From assembly GCA_013288555.1 (NCBI GenBank), contig JABDBQ010000009.1:1391-65390 (forward strand): 64,000 nucleotides of DNA, in the 5' to 3' direction. The stretch comes from Bacteroidota bacterium. GTDB taxonomy: Bacteria; Bacteroidota; Bacteroidia; CAILMK01. Of the stretch, positions 52,350-59,981 are shown one piece after another; position 1 is the stretch's first letter; every line of letters begins with the position of its first letter. A program made the position numbers and the translations under genes. The notes below the pieces were generated by a model that did not search any database, was not told the DNA's origin, and saw nothing but the letters and a program-made list of their open reading frames with translations.

Positions 52350-55300
52350 TTACACCACTACGTTCACAATCTTTCCTGGGACAACAATAATCTTTTTCAG
52401 AGGGTTGCCATCTGTCCATTTTGAAAGATCCATGTTTTTGATTTCATCTTCAACCTGCTCTTTGGAGAGACTTAAAGGCAATTCAATTTTAGCACGCAGT
52501 TTACCATTGACAGATACCGGATATTCAAAACTGTTTTCGGCGGTATAGCTTTCGATATAAGCAGGATAGGGGGCATAAGCCACAGAAAGACTGTTGCCGA
52601 GTTTTTCCCATAATTCCTCTGCAATATGGGGTGCAAATGGCGAGATCAATATCACCAGCGGCTCCAGTATCTCCTTTTTATGACATTGGTATCCACCCAG
52701 ATCATTTACGGCAATCATTAATGAACTGACGCATGTATTGAGATTGAAACGCTCTATATCATCTTCTATCTTTTTGATGGTTTTATGAAGGGTTTTCAGT
52801 TCTTCGGCATTGGGTTTATCTTCATTTACCAGCCAGTTCCCATCCCGGTCATAAAACAGTCCCCAGAAACGCTTCAAAAAGCGGCTTACCCCATCTATAC
52901 CCTTGGTATCCCAGGGTTTTGATTGTTCTATCGGCCCCAGAAACATCTCGTACATCCGGAAAGCATCACATCCATATTTTTCAATCACTTCATCCGGGTT
53001 GATGACATTGTATTTGGACTTAGACATTTTTTCGACTTCGGACTTTGTTCTGAATTGATCTGAGCCTTCTCCGGTTTTAGTAAAATTACCATTTTGCCAA
53101 AAACCACCTTCACATTTAAATATGAAATCCTTATAATCTGTTCTCCATTTAATAAATGCATCTATGTCCAAAATCGAATTATCCACTAATGAAACATCAA
53201 CATGAATTTCTCTTGTATCATCCTTTAATAATTCTGAACTGATAAAATAATAATTCTCTATACCCTGATCATTTATTCTTTTATCAAGGCTTATTTTTTG
53301 TGATACTCCTTGTATCATCCCCTGATTAATCAATTTCTTAAACGGCTCTTTGGTGCTTACCAGGCCCCTGTCAAACAAAAACTTATTCCAGAACCGGGAA
53401 TAAAGCAAATGCCCTGTAGCATGCTCGGCGCCTCCGATATAGAAGTCAACATTTTTCCAGTATCGCTCTTTGTCTTTGTCAACAAAATCAAAGTCATTAT
53501 CAGGATCCATATACCTCAGATAATACCATGATGAACCTGCCCATCCCGGCATGGTGTTCGTCTCGCGGCGGCCATCAGGTGTGTTTACCCATCTATCAAC
53601 GGAGGCAAGTGGAGATTCTCCGGAGCCGGTGGGTTTATAGCTTTCTACTTCAGGCAGTTCAACCGGTAATGCATCAAAAGGAACAGGATAGGGGAGACCA
53701 TTTTTATATACAATCGGGAAAGGCTCACCCCAATAGCGCTGCCTGCTGAAATTGGCATCACGCAAACGATAATTTGTCTTCATTTTTCCGAGTCCGTCCA
53801 GTTCTATTTCATTGATAGCACGTTTTATGGCCTGGTCAACCAGTAAACCATTCAGGAAGTCAGAGTTTACCAGGTAGCCTTCCTTGGCATCATAACTGGC
53901 TTCTTCCACATTTCCGCCCTCCACGACTTCAATTATCGGCAGGTTGAAATGTTTTGCAAAAGCCCAGTCCCGGCTGTCATGTCCCGGTACGGCCATAATG
54001 GCCCCTGTACCATAATCTCCCAGAACATAATCAGCAATCCAGATGGGAATTTCTTTTCTTGTAAAAGGATTTATCGCATAAGCCCCTGAGAAAACACCAC
54101 TTACTTTGGTTTCGGCCTTTCTTTCCCTTTCAGATTTTAATTTGGCTTGGGCAACATATTTTTCAACCTCAGATTTTTGGTCCTGACTGGTAATAACAGA
54201 AACAAGTTCATGTTCAGGCGCGAGAACCATAAAGCTGGCACCAAAAATAGTATCAGGGCGGGTGGTGAAGATGCGGATTTTCGCCTCACCCCCAGCCCCT
54301 CTCCCCGAGAGAGGGGAGCCAGAGTCAGACGTACTTTGTACGTCTTCCGTATTCTCAGCCCCGAACCTCCCTTGCATTCCCCCCCCCTCCATCGGAGAGT
54401 GGCCGGGGGTGAGGCCATTTGCCAGATTAAGCCTTTCTTTGATTTGTATTAGAACATTTTCCAAATCGTTAATCACTTCTTCATTGGTGAACCTGATAAC
54501 ATCGAACCCAATTTGGTTAAGGATTGAAGTCCTGAATTCGTCTTGTTCCTTTTGTGAGTTGTGAATTTCGCCATCAACTTCAACAATCAGTTTTTTTTCA
54601 AGACAAACAAAGTCAGCGATATATTTATCAATGGCATGTTGCCTCCGAAACTTGAAACCCATTTTACTGTTTCTCAGCGCTTCCCATAATATTTGTTCTG
54701 CCTCCGTTTGTTCTTTTCTGTTTGTGCGTGCATTAGTTTTTAGCGTGCCCCAAATTGTTTTATCGGAGGTCATGTATCCTGGGTCATTCGCCTCACCCCC
54801 GGCCCCTCTCCCAGGGAGAGGGGAGCCAGAGTCAGACGTACTTCGTCCGTCTTCCGTATTCTCAGCCACGAAAGTCCCTTGCATTTCCCCCCTCTCCATC
54901 GGAGAGGGGCCGGGGGTGAGGCGAAAATCAACCTCTGCCCCTACTGATTTTCCAATCCAGTTGGTCTGCATGTCTTTTACCGCCTGTGGCCAGTCGATAT
55001 CATTAAGATCTTGCAAGAGTCTGTCGGCATAAGCGGTGATGCGCAAAAACCATTGTCTCATTTTACGCTTTTCAACAGGGTATCCACCACGCTCGGAAAC
55101 ACCGTCTTTTACTTCCTCATTGGCAAGCACTGTTCCAAGAGCTTCACACCAGTTCACTTCACTCTCGCCAATATAAGCCAGTCGGTAATCCATTAATATT
55201 TTCTGCTGTTCCGCTTCGCTGAAATTGTTCCATTGCTCGGCAGTAAAATAAGTATTGCCATTCTTTTCAAAATCCCTGATCAGGTCATTAATATGTTCAG

Positions 55301-55763
55301 CACAGTTGGTTTTCGGATTGTACCAGCTTTCAAACAACTGGATAAAAATCCATTGCGTCCATTTGTAAAATTTGGGGTCTGAGGTTTTTACTTTTCGGCT
55401 CCAGTCGAACGAAAGACCAATCTTTTTCATCTGGTCTTCGTATCGTGCGATATTTTTATCTGTAAAACCTTCAGGATGGTTTCCGGTATCAATAGCAAAC
55501 TGTTCTGCAGGCAACCCAAAGGCATCATAGCCCATGGGATGCAGTACTTCAAATTGCTTGTTTCTTTTAAAACGCGCCACGATATCAGAAGCAATATATC
55601 CCAGCGGATGCCCTACATGGAGGCCTGCACCTGATGGATAGGGGAACATATCAAGCACATAATACGGCGGTTTTTCGGGGTTTTCTGTGGCTTTAAAAGT
55701 CTCATTCTTTTCCCAGAATCGTTGCCATTTCTGTTCTATTTCATTCGGGTTATACTGCGGCAT
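52350..55763 (-). CDS. leuS: Leucyl-tRNA synthetase carrying a 218-codon in-frame foreign insertion
   Basis: Contains the class I HIGH variant (HVGHPLGY), the KMSKS motif (EKMSKSKYN) and TTRPDT at the CP1 entry. It is 1137 aa, or about 919 aa once the insertion is removed. Confidence 0.9.
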   Translation of the reverse strand: MPQYNPNEIEQKWQRFWEKNETFKATENPEKPPYYVLDMFPYPSGAGLHVGHPLGYIASDIVARFKRNKQFEVLHPMGYDAFGLPAEQFAIDTGNHPEGFTDKNIARYEDQMKKIGLSFDWSRKVKTSDPKFYKWTQWIFIQLFESWYNPKTNCAEHINDLIRDFEKNGNTYFTAEQWNNFSEAEQQKILMDYRLAYIGESEVNWCEALGTVLANEEVKDGVSERGGYPVEKRKMRQWFLRITAYADRLLQDLNDIDWPQAVKDMQTNWIGKSVGAEVDFRLTPGPSPMERGEMQGTFVAENTEDGRSTSDSGSPLPGRGAGGEANDPGYMTSDKTIWGTLKTNARTNRKEQTEAEQILWEALRNSKMGFKFRRQHAIDKYIADFVCLEKKLIVEVDGEIHNSQKEQDEFRTSILNQIGFDVIRFTNEEVINDLENVLIQIKERLNLANGLTPGHSPMEGGGMQGRFGAENTEDVQSTSDSGSPLSGRGAGGEAKIRIFTTRPDTIFGASFMVLAPEHELVSVITSQDQKSEVEKYVAQAKLKSERERKAETKVSGVFSGAYAINPFTRKEIPIWIADYVLGDYGTGAIMAVPGHDSRDWAFAKHFNLPIIEVVEGGNVEEASYDAKEGYLVNSDFLNGLLVDQAIKRAINEIELDGLGKMKTNYRLRDANFSRQRYWGEPFPIVYKNGLPYPVPFDALPVELPEVESYKPTGSGESPLASVDRWVNTPDGRRETNTMPGWAGSSWYYLRYMDPDNDFDFVDKDKERYWKNVDFYIGGAEHATGHLLYSRFWNKFLFDRGLVSTKEPFKKLINQGMIQGVSQKISLDKRINDQGIENYYFISSELLKDDTREIHVDVSLVDNSILDIDAFIKWRTDYKDFIFKCEGGFWQNGNFTKTGEGSDQFRTKSEVEKMSKSKYNVINPDEVIEKYGCDAFRMYEMFLGPIEQSKPWDTKGIDGVSRFLKRFWGLFYDRDGNWLVNEDKPNAEELKTLHKTIKKIEDDIERFNLNTCVSSLMIAVNDLGGYQCHKKEILEPLVILISPFAPHIAEELWEKLGNSLSVAYAPYPAYIESYTAENSFEYPVSVNGKLRAKIELPLSLSKEQVEDEIKNMDLSKWTDGNPLKKIIVVPGKIVNVVV
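54280..54416. repeat. Palindromic GC-rich module A
   Basis: TTCGCCTCACCCCCAGCCCCTCTCC...GGAGAGTGGCCGGGGGTGAGGCC. This is a direct copy of module B. It has internal hairpins (CCCCTCTC/AGAGGGG and AGACGTA-CTTTG-TACGTCT). Confidence 0.8.
54417..54773 (-). other. DUF559 (Vsr-like, PD-(D/E)xK endonuclease) domain-coding core, fused into the leuS frame
   Basis: MTSDKTIWGTLKTNARTNRKEQTEAEQILWEALRNSKMGFKFRRQHAIDKYIADFVCLEKKLIVEVDGEIHNSQKEQDEFRTSILNQIGFDVIRFTNEEV. It retains its own ATG but has no stop codon. Confidence 0.75.
54788..54929. repeat. Palindromic GC-rich module B
   Basis: TCGCCTCACCCCCGGCCCCTCTCC...GGAGAGGGGCCGGGGGTGAGGCGA, with 23-nt perfect terminal inverted arms. Confidence 0.8.
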
Positions 55764-55803
55764 TCAGCTTATATTCTATTAGTAATGATCTTGTAAAAGA
55801 TGG

Positions 55804-55811
55804 CAAAGTTA
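55804..55811 (-). promoter_or_regulatory. Candidate -7 box (TAACTTTG on the minus strand) for leuS
   Basis: The plus-strand CAAAGTTA lies 41 nt upstream of the leuS ATG. Confidence 0.3.
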
Positions 55812-55854
55812 AGGAATGAAAACGGAAGGAGGGAAGAGCATCCTTTTTTGCGGT

Positions 55855-56367
55855 TCAGATAAATCTTGAGTCATATGCCCAATGCAGTAATGCCTGCCGC
55901 TGTCCTTTTCTACAGGAAGTATCTCCCTGTATGCAGTTCAATTCCAATTGCCTGATATGCCTGCGCATGGCATACCACCGACTTATTTGCCGCGCATCAT
56001 CATCAGTTCTTCTTCCCATATAATATCTGCAATACCATTGAAACCATCCTCTTGGGTCCTGCGGATGTATCCAACCTTTTTGCTGCCATACTGAAATAGG
56101 CTGCGATGCCTCAACGCCAAAATAATTCAGGTTTTTATCATGTCCCTTTTTACGTTCAGGTAATAATTTCGCTTCACTGAACCAATCCCGGGGAAATTCG
56201 TCAATACAATCGCGCAAATATCTTCCACCAAAAATACCGAGGGCCAGCATTTCCATAGGTGTCAGCTGTGGCTTAAAATGCGGATCAAAATTTTTACCAA
56301 CAGGTTCTGTACATGCATAGGAATAATCTTTTTGCATCTTATCATTTACGACAATTATTCTGCTCAT
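55855..56367 (-). CDS. Conserved hypothetical protein
   Basis: 170-aa ORF with a GWFQWYCRYYMGRR...RQISRW motif. I cannot name the family with confidence. Confidence 0.55.
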   Translation of the reverse strand: MSRIIVVNDKMQKDYSYACTEPVGKNFDPHFKPQLTPMEMLALGIFGGRYLRDCIDEFPRDWFSEAKLLPERKKGHDKNLNYFGVEASQPISVWQQKGWIHPQDPRGWFQWYCRYYMGRRTDDDARQISRWYAMRRHIRQLELNCIQGDTSCRKGQRQALLHWAYDSRFI

Positions 56368-56479
56368 TTTTAATAATTTCCAGCTTCAAATATAGACGAA
56401 ACAGGCAGAAAGCTTGCTGGCACCCGATTTTGAAAGGTTAATAAAATTATCAATTTATTTTTTTATTTCGTTTAAATGC

Positions 56480-56487
56480 TATTTTTG
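56480..56487 (+). promoter_or_regulatory. Candidate -7 box (TATTTTTG)
   Basis: Lies 41 nt upstream of the ATG at 56528. Confidence 0.3.
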
Positions 56488-56527
56488 CCATCTTAATTTT
56501 TTAACAACCTTTAAAATTCTCACATTC

Positions 56528-56983
56528 ATGAAAAAAATCTTACTATTTTCTTCCCTTGCAGTTTTGGTAATTAGCTTTTCATCATCTTGTAAAAAGGCAA
56601 CGACCAACAATCCGGTTTCAGTGACTAATTCAATGTCTGCTACAATAAACAGTATAGCATGGACCGCAGGGACGGTTACCGGCACCACTAACTCAGGCAC
56701 ATTATTTATTTCAGGAATAAACTCAGGTAGCGGAACCGGGATATCAATGGAGATGCCTTCGAGTACGACAGCAGGAACCTATACTATTTCAAATTCTTCT
56801 GTGAATTATGTTATCGGATATTCAAGTTCAACAAGCTCAAGCATTATGACTGCAGGTACACTTGTAGTGAGTTCAAATGCTAATAATACCATTTCAGGTA
56901 CATTCAATGGCACACTCACTGATCCGGTTAGCATGGGTACTTCAACCGTTAGCAATGGTACTTACACTGTTAAATATCAGTAG
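56528..56983 (+). CDS. Small lipoprotein (paralog of 57148-57612)
   Basis: MKKILLFSSLAVLVISFSSSCKK lipobox. It shares the ...SM(S/T)AT(I/V)...AW.A......GT...ISG...SGTF.G..T pattern with the next gene. Confidence 0.65.
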   Translation: MKKILLFSSLAVLVISFSSSCKKATTNNPVSVTNSMSATINSIAWTAGTVTGTTNSGTLFISGINSGSGTGISMEMPSSTTAGTYTISNSSVNYVIGYSSSTSSSIMTAGTLVVSSNANNTISGTFNGTLTDPVSMGTSTVSNGTYTVKYQ

Positions 56984-57022
56984 TTCAATGTTTTAATTTA
57001 AATATAAAAATTTATACATGGA

Positions 57023-57062
57023 TGCCCGGATATCTAAAAGATTCCGGGCATTTTCTTTTTTA
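57023..57062 (+). terminator. Rho-independent terminator
   Basis: TGCCCGGA (57023-57030) pairs with TCCGGGCA (57043-57050), followed by TTTTCTTTTTT. Confidence 0.65.
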
Positions 57063-57147
57063 AGATTTACAAGTGCAACCTTACATGAAATATTAAGAAA
57101 TTGTAAATTCGCAGCGTTTCATTCACTCATTAATAAAACTACAACGC

Positions 57148-57612
57148 ATGAAAAAGATTTCAGGATTGCCAATCCTCGTATTCCTTTGTGCCGGAATTTT
57201 CGTTTCCTGCACCAAAACCACCAGCCCAACCAGCAACTCAACTCCAAATAATAGTGTTAAGTCATCTATGACTGCCACTGTTGATGGAAACGCCTGGGTA
57301 GCCAGTAATTTTAGCGGAGCCAATATCAGCGGAACCCTGCAGATTGAAGGTGCTGCTTCCGATGGAAGCCAGATTACATTGGGCATTCCAGCTTCATCTA
57401 AAACGGGTTCTTTCGCTGCCGGAGGAACAAATCCTTACCAGGCTACGTACCAGTCAGGGGTAACTTACTGGCGTCTTATAACCGGTACTTTTAAAATTAC
57501 ATCTATTGGAAGCAATGCAGTTTCAGGAACATTTTCAGGGTCATTTACCAATACCACAACCAATGCGACTATGAATATTTCAGGCGGGGTATTTACTTCG
57601 AGTTATCAATAA
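57148..57612 (+). CDS. Small lipoprotein (paralog of 56528-56983)
   Basis: MKKISGLPILVFLCAGIFVSCTK lipobox. 154 aa. Confidence 0.65.
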   Translation: MKKISGLPILVFLCAGIFVSCTKTTSPTSNSTPNNSVKSSMTATVDGNAWVASNFSGANISGTLQIEGAASDGSQITLGIPASSKTGSFAAGGTNPYQATYQSGVTYWRLITGTFKITSIGSNAVSGTFSGSFTNTTTNATMNISGGVFTSSYQ

Positions 57613-57637
57613 GATTGACAGAGAATAACTTATGATT

Positions 57638-57671
57638 ACACCCGGGTAAATATTTTATCCGGGTGTTTTTG
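57638..57671 (+). terminator. Rho-independent terminator
   Basis: ACACCCGG (57638-57645) pairs with CCGGGTGT (57659-57666), followed by TTTTT. Confidence 0.65.
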
Positions 57672-58004
57672 TTTATAAGCGTATAGATTGTGTTGGGTTT
57701 TTTCGTAGTAGATTGAATTAGCTTAAGCCTCGCTGGTTTTTCAAAACTTGCGAGGTTTTGCTGAAAGTGAAACAAATTCAAAAATATTTTCAGTTGTAAT
57801 GTATTGAAATAATTAAAGTTAAAAAATATTTTTACAAATCACCCACCCACTTTGGCACTTCGCTATATATGTATGTAAAAGCCGATGTGATAATCCCGAA
57901 GAAGTCGGGACAAGTTGTGCTAATATGTTGATGTGCTAATTGGCTTACGGCGAATAGCGATCGAGAAGTAAATCATGAAATCATTTTATCCTATAAATCC
58001 TGAT

Positions 58005-58107
58005 TCAGACAAAATGCAAAAGATAAACCGGCCTTTAAGGCCATTCTGGATTGATCTTTTATTGTTATCTATTGATAATCGTCAACGAGTTACGTGTATT
58101 TAATTGA
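58005..58107 (+). repeat. Copy 1 of a ~100-nt direct repeat containing a 29-codon mini-ORF (58014-58103)
   Basis: AGACAAAATGCAAAAGATAAACC...TCTGGATTGAT...TGTTAT...GTCAACGAGTTACGTGTA. About 70 percent identical by eye to 58300-58402. Confidence 0.5.
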
Positions 58108-58299
58108 AAATTAAAATATTAAAAAACTAAAAAATTGAAAAAACATCAATATCAATTCAGAATAGTCAAAAAGGGCGTTTTCTGGAATTTATCAATCAGA
58201 AAACAACAGAAACAGCCTTCGTCAAGACTATGGCGTTCAAAGAAAGGTCGTTTTATGGCATACTGTTTAACGCTTTCCATTCTGGTTTCACACTTTCGA

Positions 58300-58402
58300 A
58301 AAGACAAAATGAAAAAGATAAACCAATGTTTTTTGCTAGTCTGGCTTGATATTTCCCTGTTATTGCCTGATACTTGTCAATGAGTTATGTGTAAATTATT
58401 TA
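58300..58402 (+). repeat. Copy 2 of the ~100-nt direct repeat containing a 24-codon mini-ORF (58309-58383)
   Basis: AGACAAAATGAAAAAGATAAACC...TCTGGCTTGAT...TGTTAT...GTCAATGAGTTATGTGTA. Confidence 0.5.
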
Positions 58403-58620
58403 ATATCAACTGTTTAAAAAATGGAAAATAAATTCCCTGTTATAACAGGAAGAACAGGCCAGAATGGTCTGAAATGCCTGTCCCGCCTGTCCCGACCTAC
58501 ACGGGGATTTCCCGGGATGGGTTTTGTTTGGACAGATTATTATTGCGAGCGTGAAAGTCCGAAGCAATTGTTTCACAATTCCGGCAAACCGCAAAACCCA
58601 AAGCCATTCCCTATCTTTGC

Positions 58621-59895
58621 ATGAATAATATGATTTTAAACAGCTTCATCATCATAGGCATTTGCCTTTTTTTTGGTGCCTTCTTTTCGGGGATGGAGAT
58701 TGCCTATTTGAGCGCCAACCAATTGAGGGTGGAACTTTTGAGCAAAAAAGGCTTCCTGCCCTCACGCATATTTTCATTTTTTTACAAACATTCTTCCCGT
58801 TTTTTTACTGCAACACTAGTTGGAAATAATATTGCCATTGTACTTTACAGTATTTATTCGGCAAGCCTTATTACTTTTTTTTTAACAACCTATACGGGCA
58901 TCAGTCCCGATCACAGGAATTTGATTTTATTTATTCAGACGGTGTTGAGCAGTTTCGTGCTGTTGATCGTAGGTGAGTTTTTGCCAAAGATCTTTTTCAG
59001 GGCCAGGCCAAACCTGATGCTTAATATATTGGCATTGCCATTTGTGCTTTTTTATTGCCTGTTATATCCTTTGGTGATTATCATTGTTTTCCTTGCCCAA
59101 CTTATCCTCAAGTCAATTTTTAAGATGGAATTTTCGCCACAGTCCCCGGAATTCACCAGGCACGACCTGTTTCACTATGTAAGCGAAAGCAGCCCTGTTG
59201 AGGAGGAAAAAGAAATGGACGTGGATAAAGAAATATTCCGCAATGCCATTGAATTTCCCTTTGTTAAAGTGCGGGAGTGCATGACCCCGAGGACGGACAT
59301 CGTAGGCGTGGAGCAAAAGGACAGCATTGCCCATGCAAAAGAATTGTTTATCGAAAGCGGACATTCCAAATTGCCCGTATATCGTGAAACAATAGACCAT
59401 GTAACGGGCTACATCCACCTGGTTGACCTGTATGCCAATCCTTCGAAAATTGAGGAAATAGTTATGCCGATCCTCATAGCTACAGAAGCCATGACGGCTA
59501 CCGAGCTATTAAGGCAGTTTATTGAAAAACACAGGAGTATTGCGCTTGTCGTTGACGAGTTTGGAGGGACTTCCGGTTTAATAACCATGGAGGATATTAT
59601 AGAACAGATAATAGGAGAGATTGAGGACGAACATGATGTTGATGACCTTATTGAAAAGAAAATAAGTGAAAGCGAATATTTGTTTTCGGGCCGGCTTGAA
59701 ATAGACTATCTCAATGAAAAATATGCCTTTAATCTGCCGGAAGGTGATTATGAAACGCTGGGTGGTTTGATATTTTTTATCAACCAGAATATTCCAAAAG
59801 AAGGAGATGTCATCAGTTTGTCCCCTTTCAAATTCAGCATTATTTCTACTGACCAGGCCAGGATAAATGAAGTAAAAATGAAAATTTCGGTTTGA
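58621..59895 (+). CDS. CNNM/HlyC-CorC family protein (DUF21 + CBS pair + CorC_HlyC; GldE-like)
   Basis: Has an N-terminal 4-TM DUF21 with GEFLPK, a CBS pair, and a C-terminal transporter-associated domain. Confidence 0.8.
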   Translation: MNNMILNSFIIIGICLFFGAFFSGMEIAYLSANQLRVELLSKKGFLPSRIFSFFYKHSSRFFTATLVGNNIAIVLYSIYSASLITFFLTTYTGISPDHRNLILFIQTVLSSFVLLIVGEFLPKIFFRARPNLMLNILALPFVLFYCLLYPLVIIIVFLAQLILKSIFKMEFSPQSPEFTRHDLFHYVSESSPVEEEKEMDVDKEIFRNAIEFPFVKVRECMTPRTDIVGVEQKDSIAHAKELFIESGHSKLPVYRETIDHVTGYIHLVDLYANPSKIEEIVMPILIATEAMTATELLRQFIEKHRSIALVVDEFGGTSGLITMEDIIEQIIGEIEDEHDVDDLIEKKISESEYLFSGRLEIDYLNEKYAFNLPEGDYETLGGLIFFINQNIPKEGDVISLSPFKFSIISTDQARINEVKMKISV

Positions 59896-59981
59896 GAATA
59901 TACTTTGATTGCCCTCATGGCCTGCCGAACATCTGAAACCATTACCTTTGCCACGGATTTTAATATTTTGACAAATTATAT

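Larger units (their letters stand above)
54276..54929 (-). mobile_element. DUF559-endonuclease cassette with two palindromic GC-rich modules, inserted in frame in leuS
   Basis: The outermost perfect inverted termini are GATTTTCGCC (54276-54285) and GGCGAAAATC (54920-54929). Length is 654 bp, or 218 codons. The segment is GC-rich relative to its flanks. The host sequence resumes as KIRIFTTRPDT. Confidence 0.7.

Noticed and set aside
52246-52548. A 100-aa plus-strand ORF overlapping the leuS 3-prime end
   Set aside because: It starts in the word-repeat tail and then runs antisense through the conserved leuS C-terminus, so it is not credible.
54276-54929. An intein in LeuRS
   Set aside because: The N-junction residue is Arg/Leu (DF|RLTP), not Cys/Ser. 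The C-junction (GGEA|KIR) lacks the His-Asn followed by Cys/Ser/Thr. No Hint-domain blocks are present, and the nuclease is DUF559/Vsr-like rather than LAGLIDADG/HNH.
54137-55032. Independent small genes encoding PLSRGEGLGVRR-type peptides (track ORFs 54137-54418, 54147-54452, 54262-54564 and 54631-55032)
   Set aside because: These are by-products of the nearly stop-free GC-rich palindromic modules inside leuS, not separate genes.
58135-58383. An 82-aa ORF spanning the region between the two ~100-nt repeats
   Set aside because: It has a non-ATG start and a Lys/Gln-rich low-complexity N-terminal part. Only its last 24 codons (the mini-ORF in repeat copy 2) show any conservation signal.
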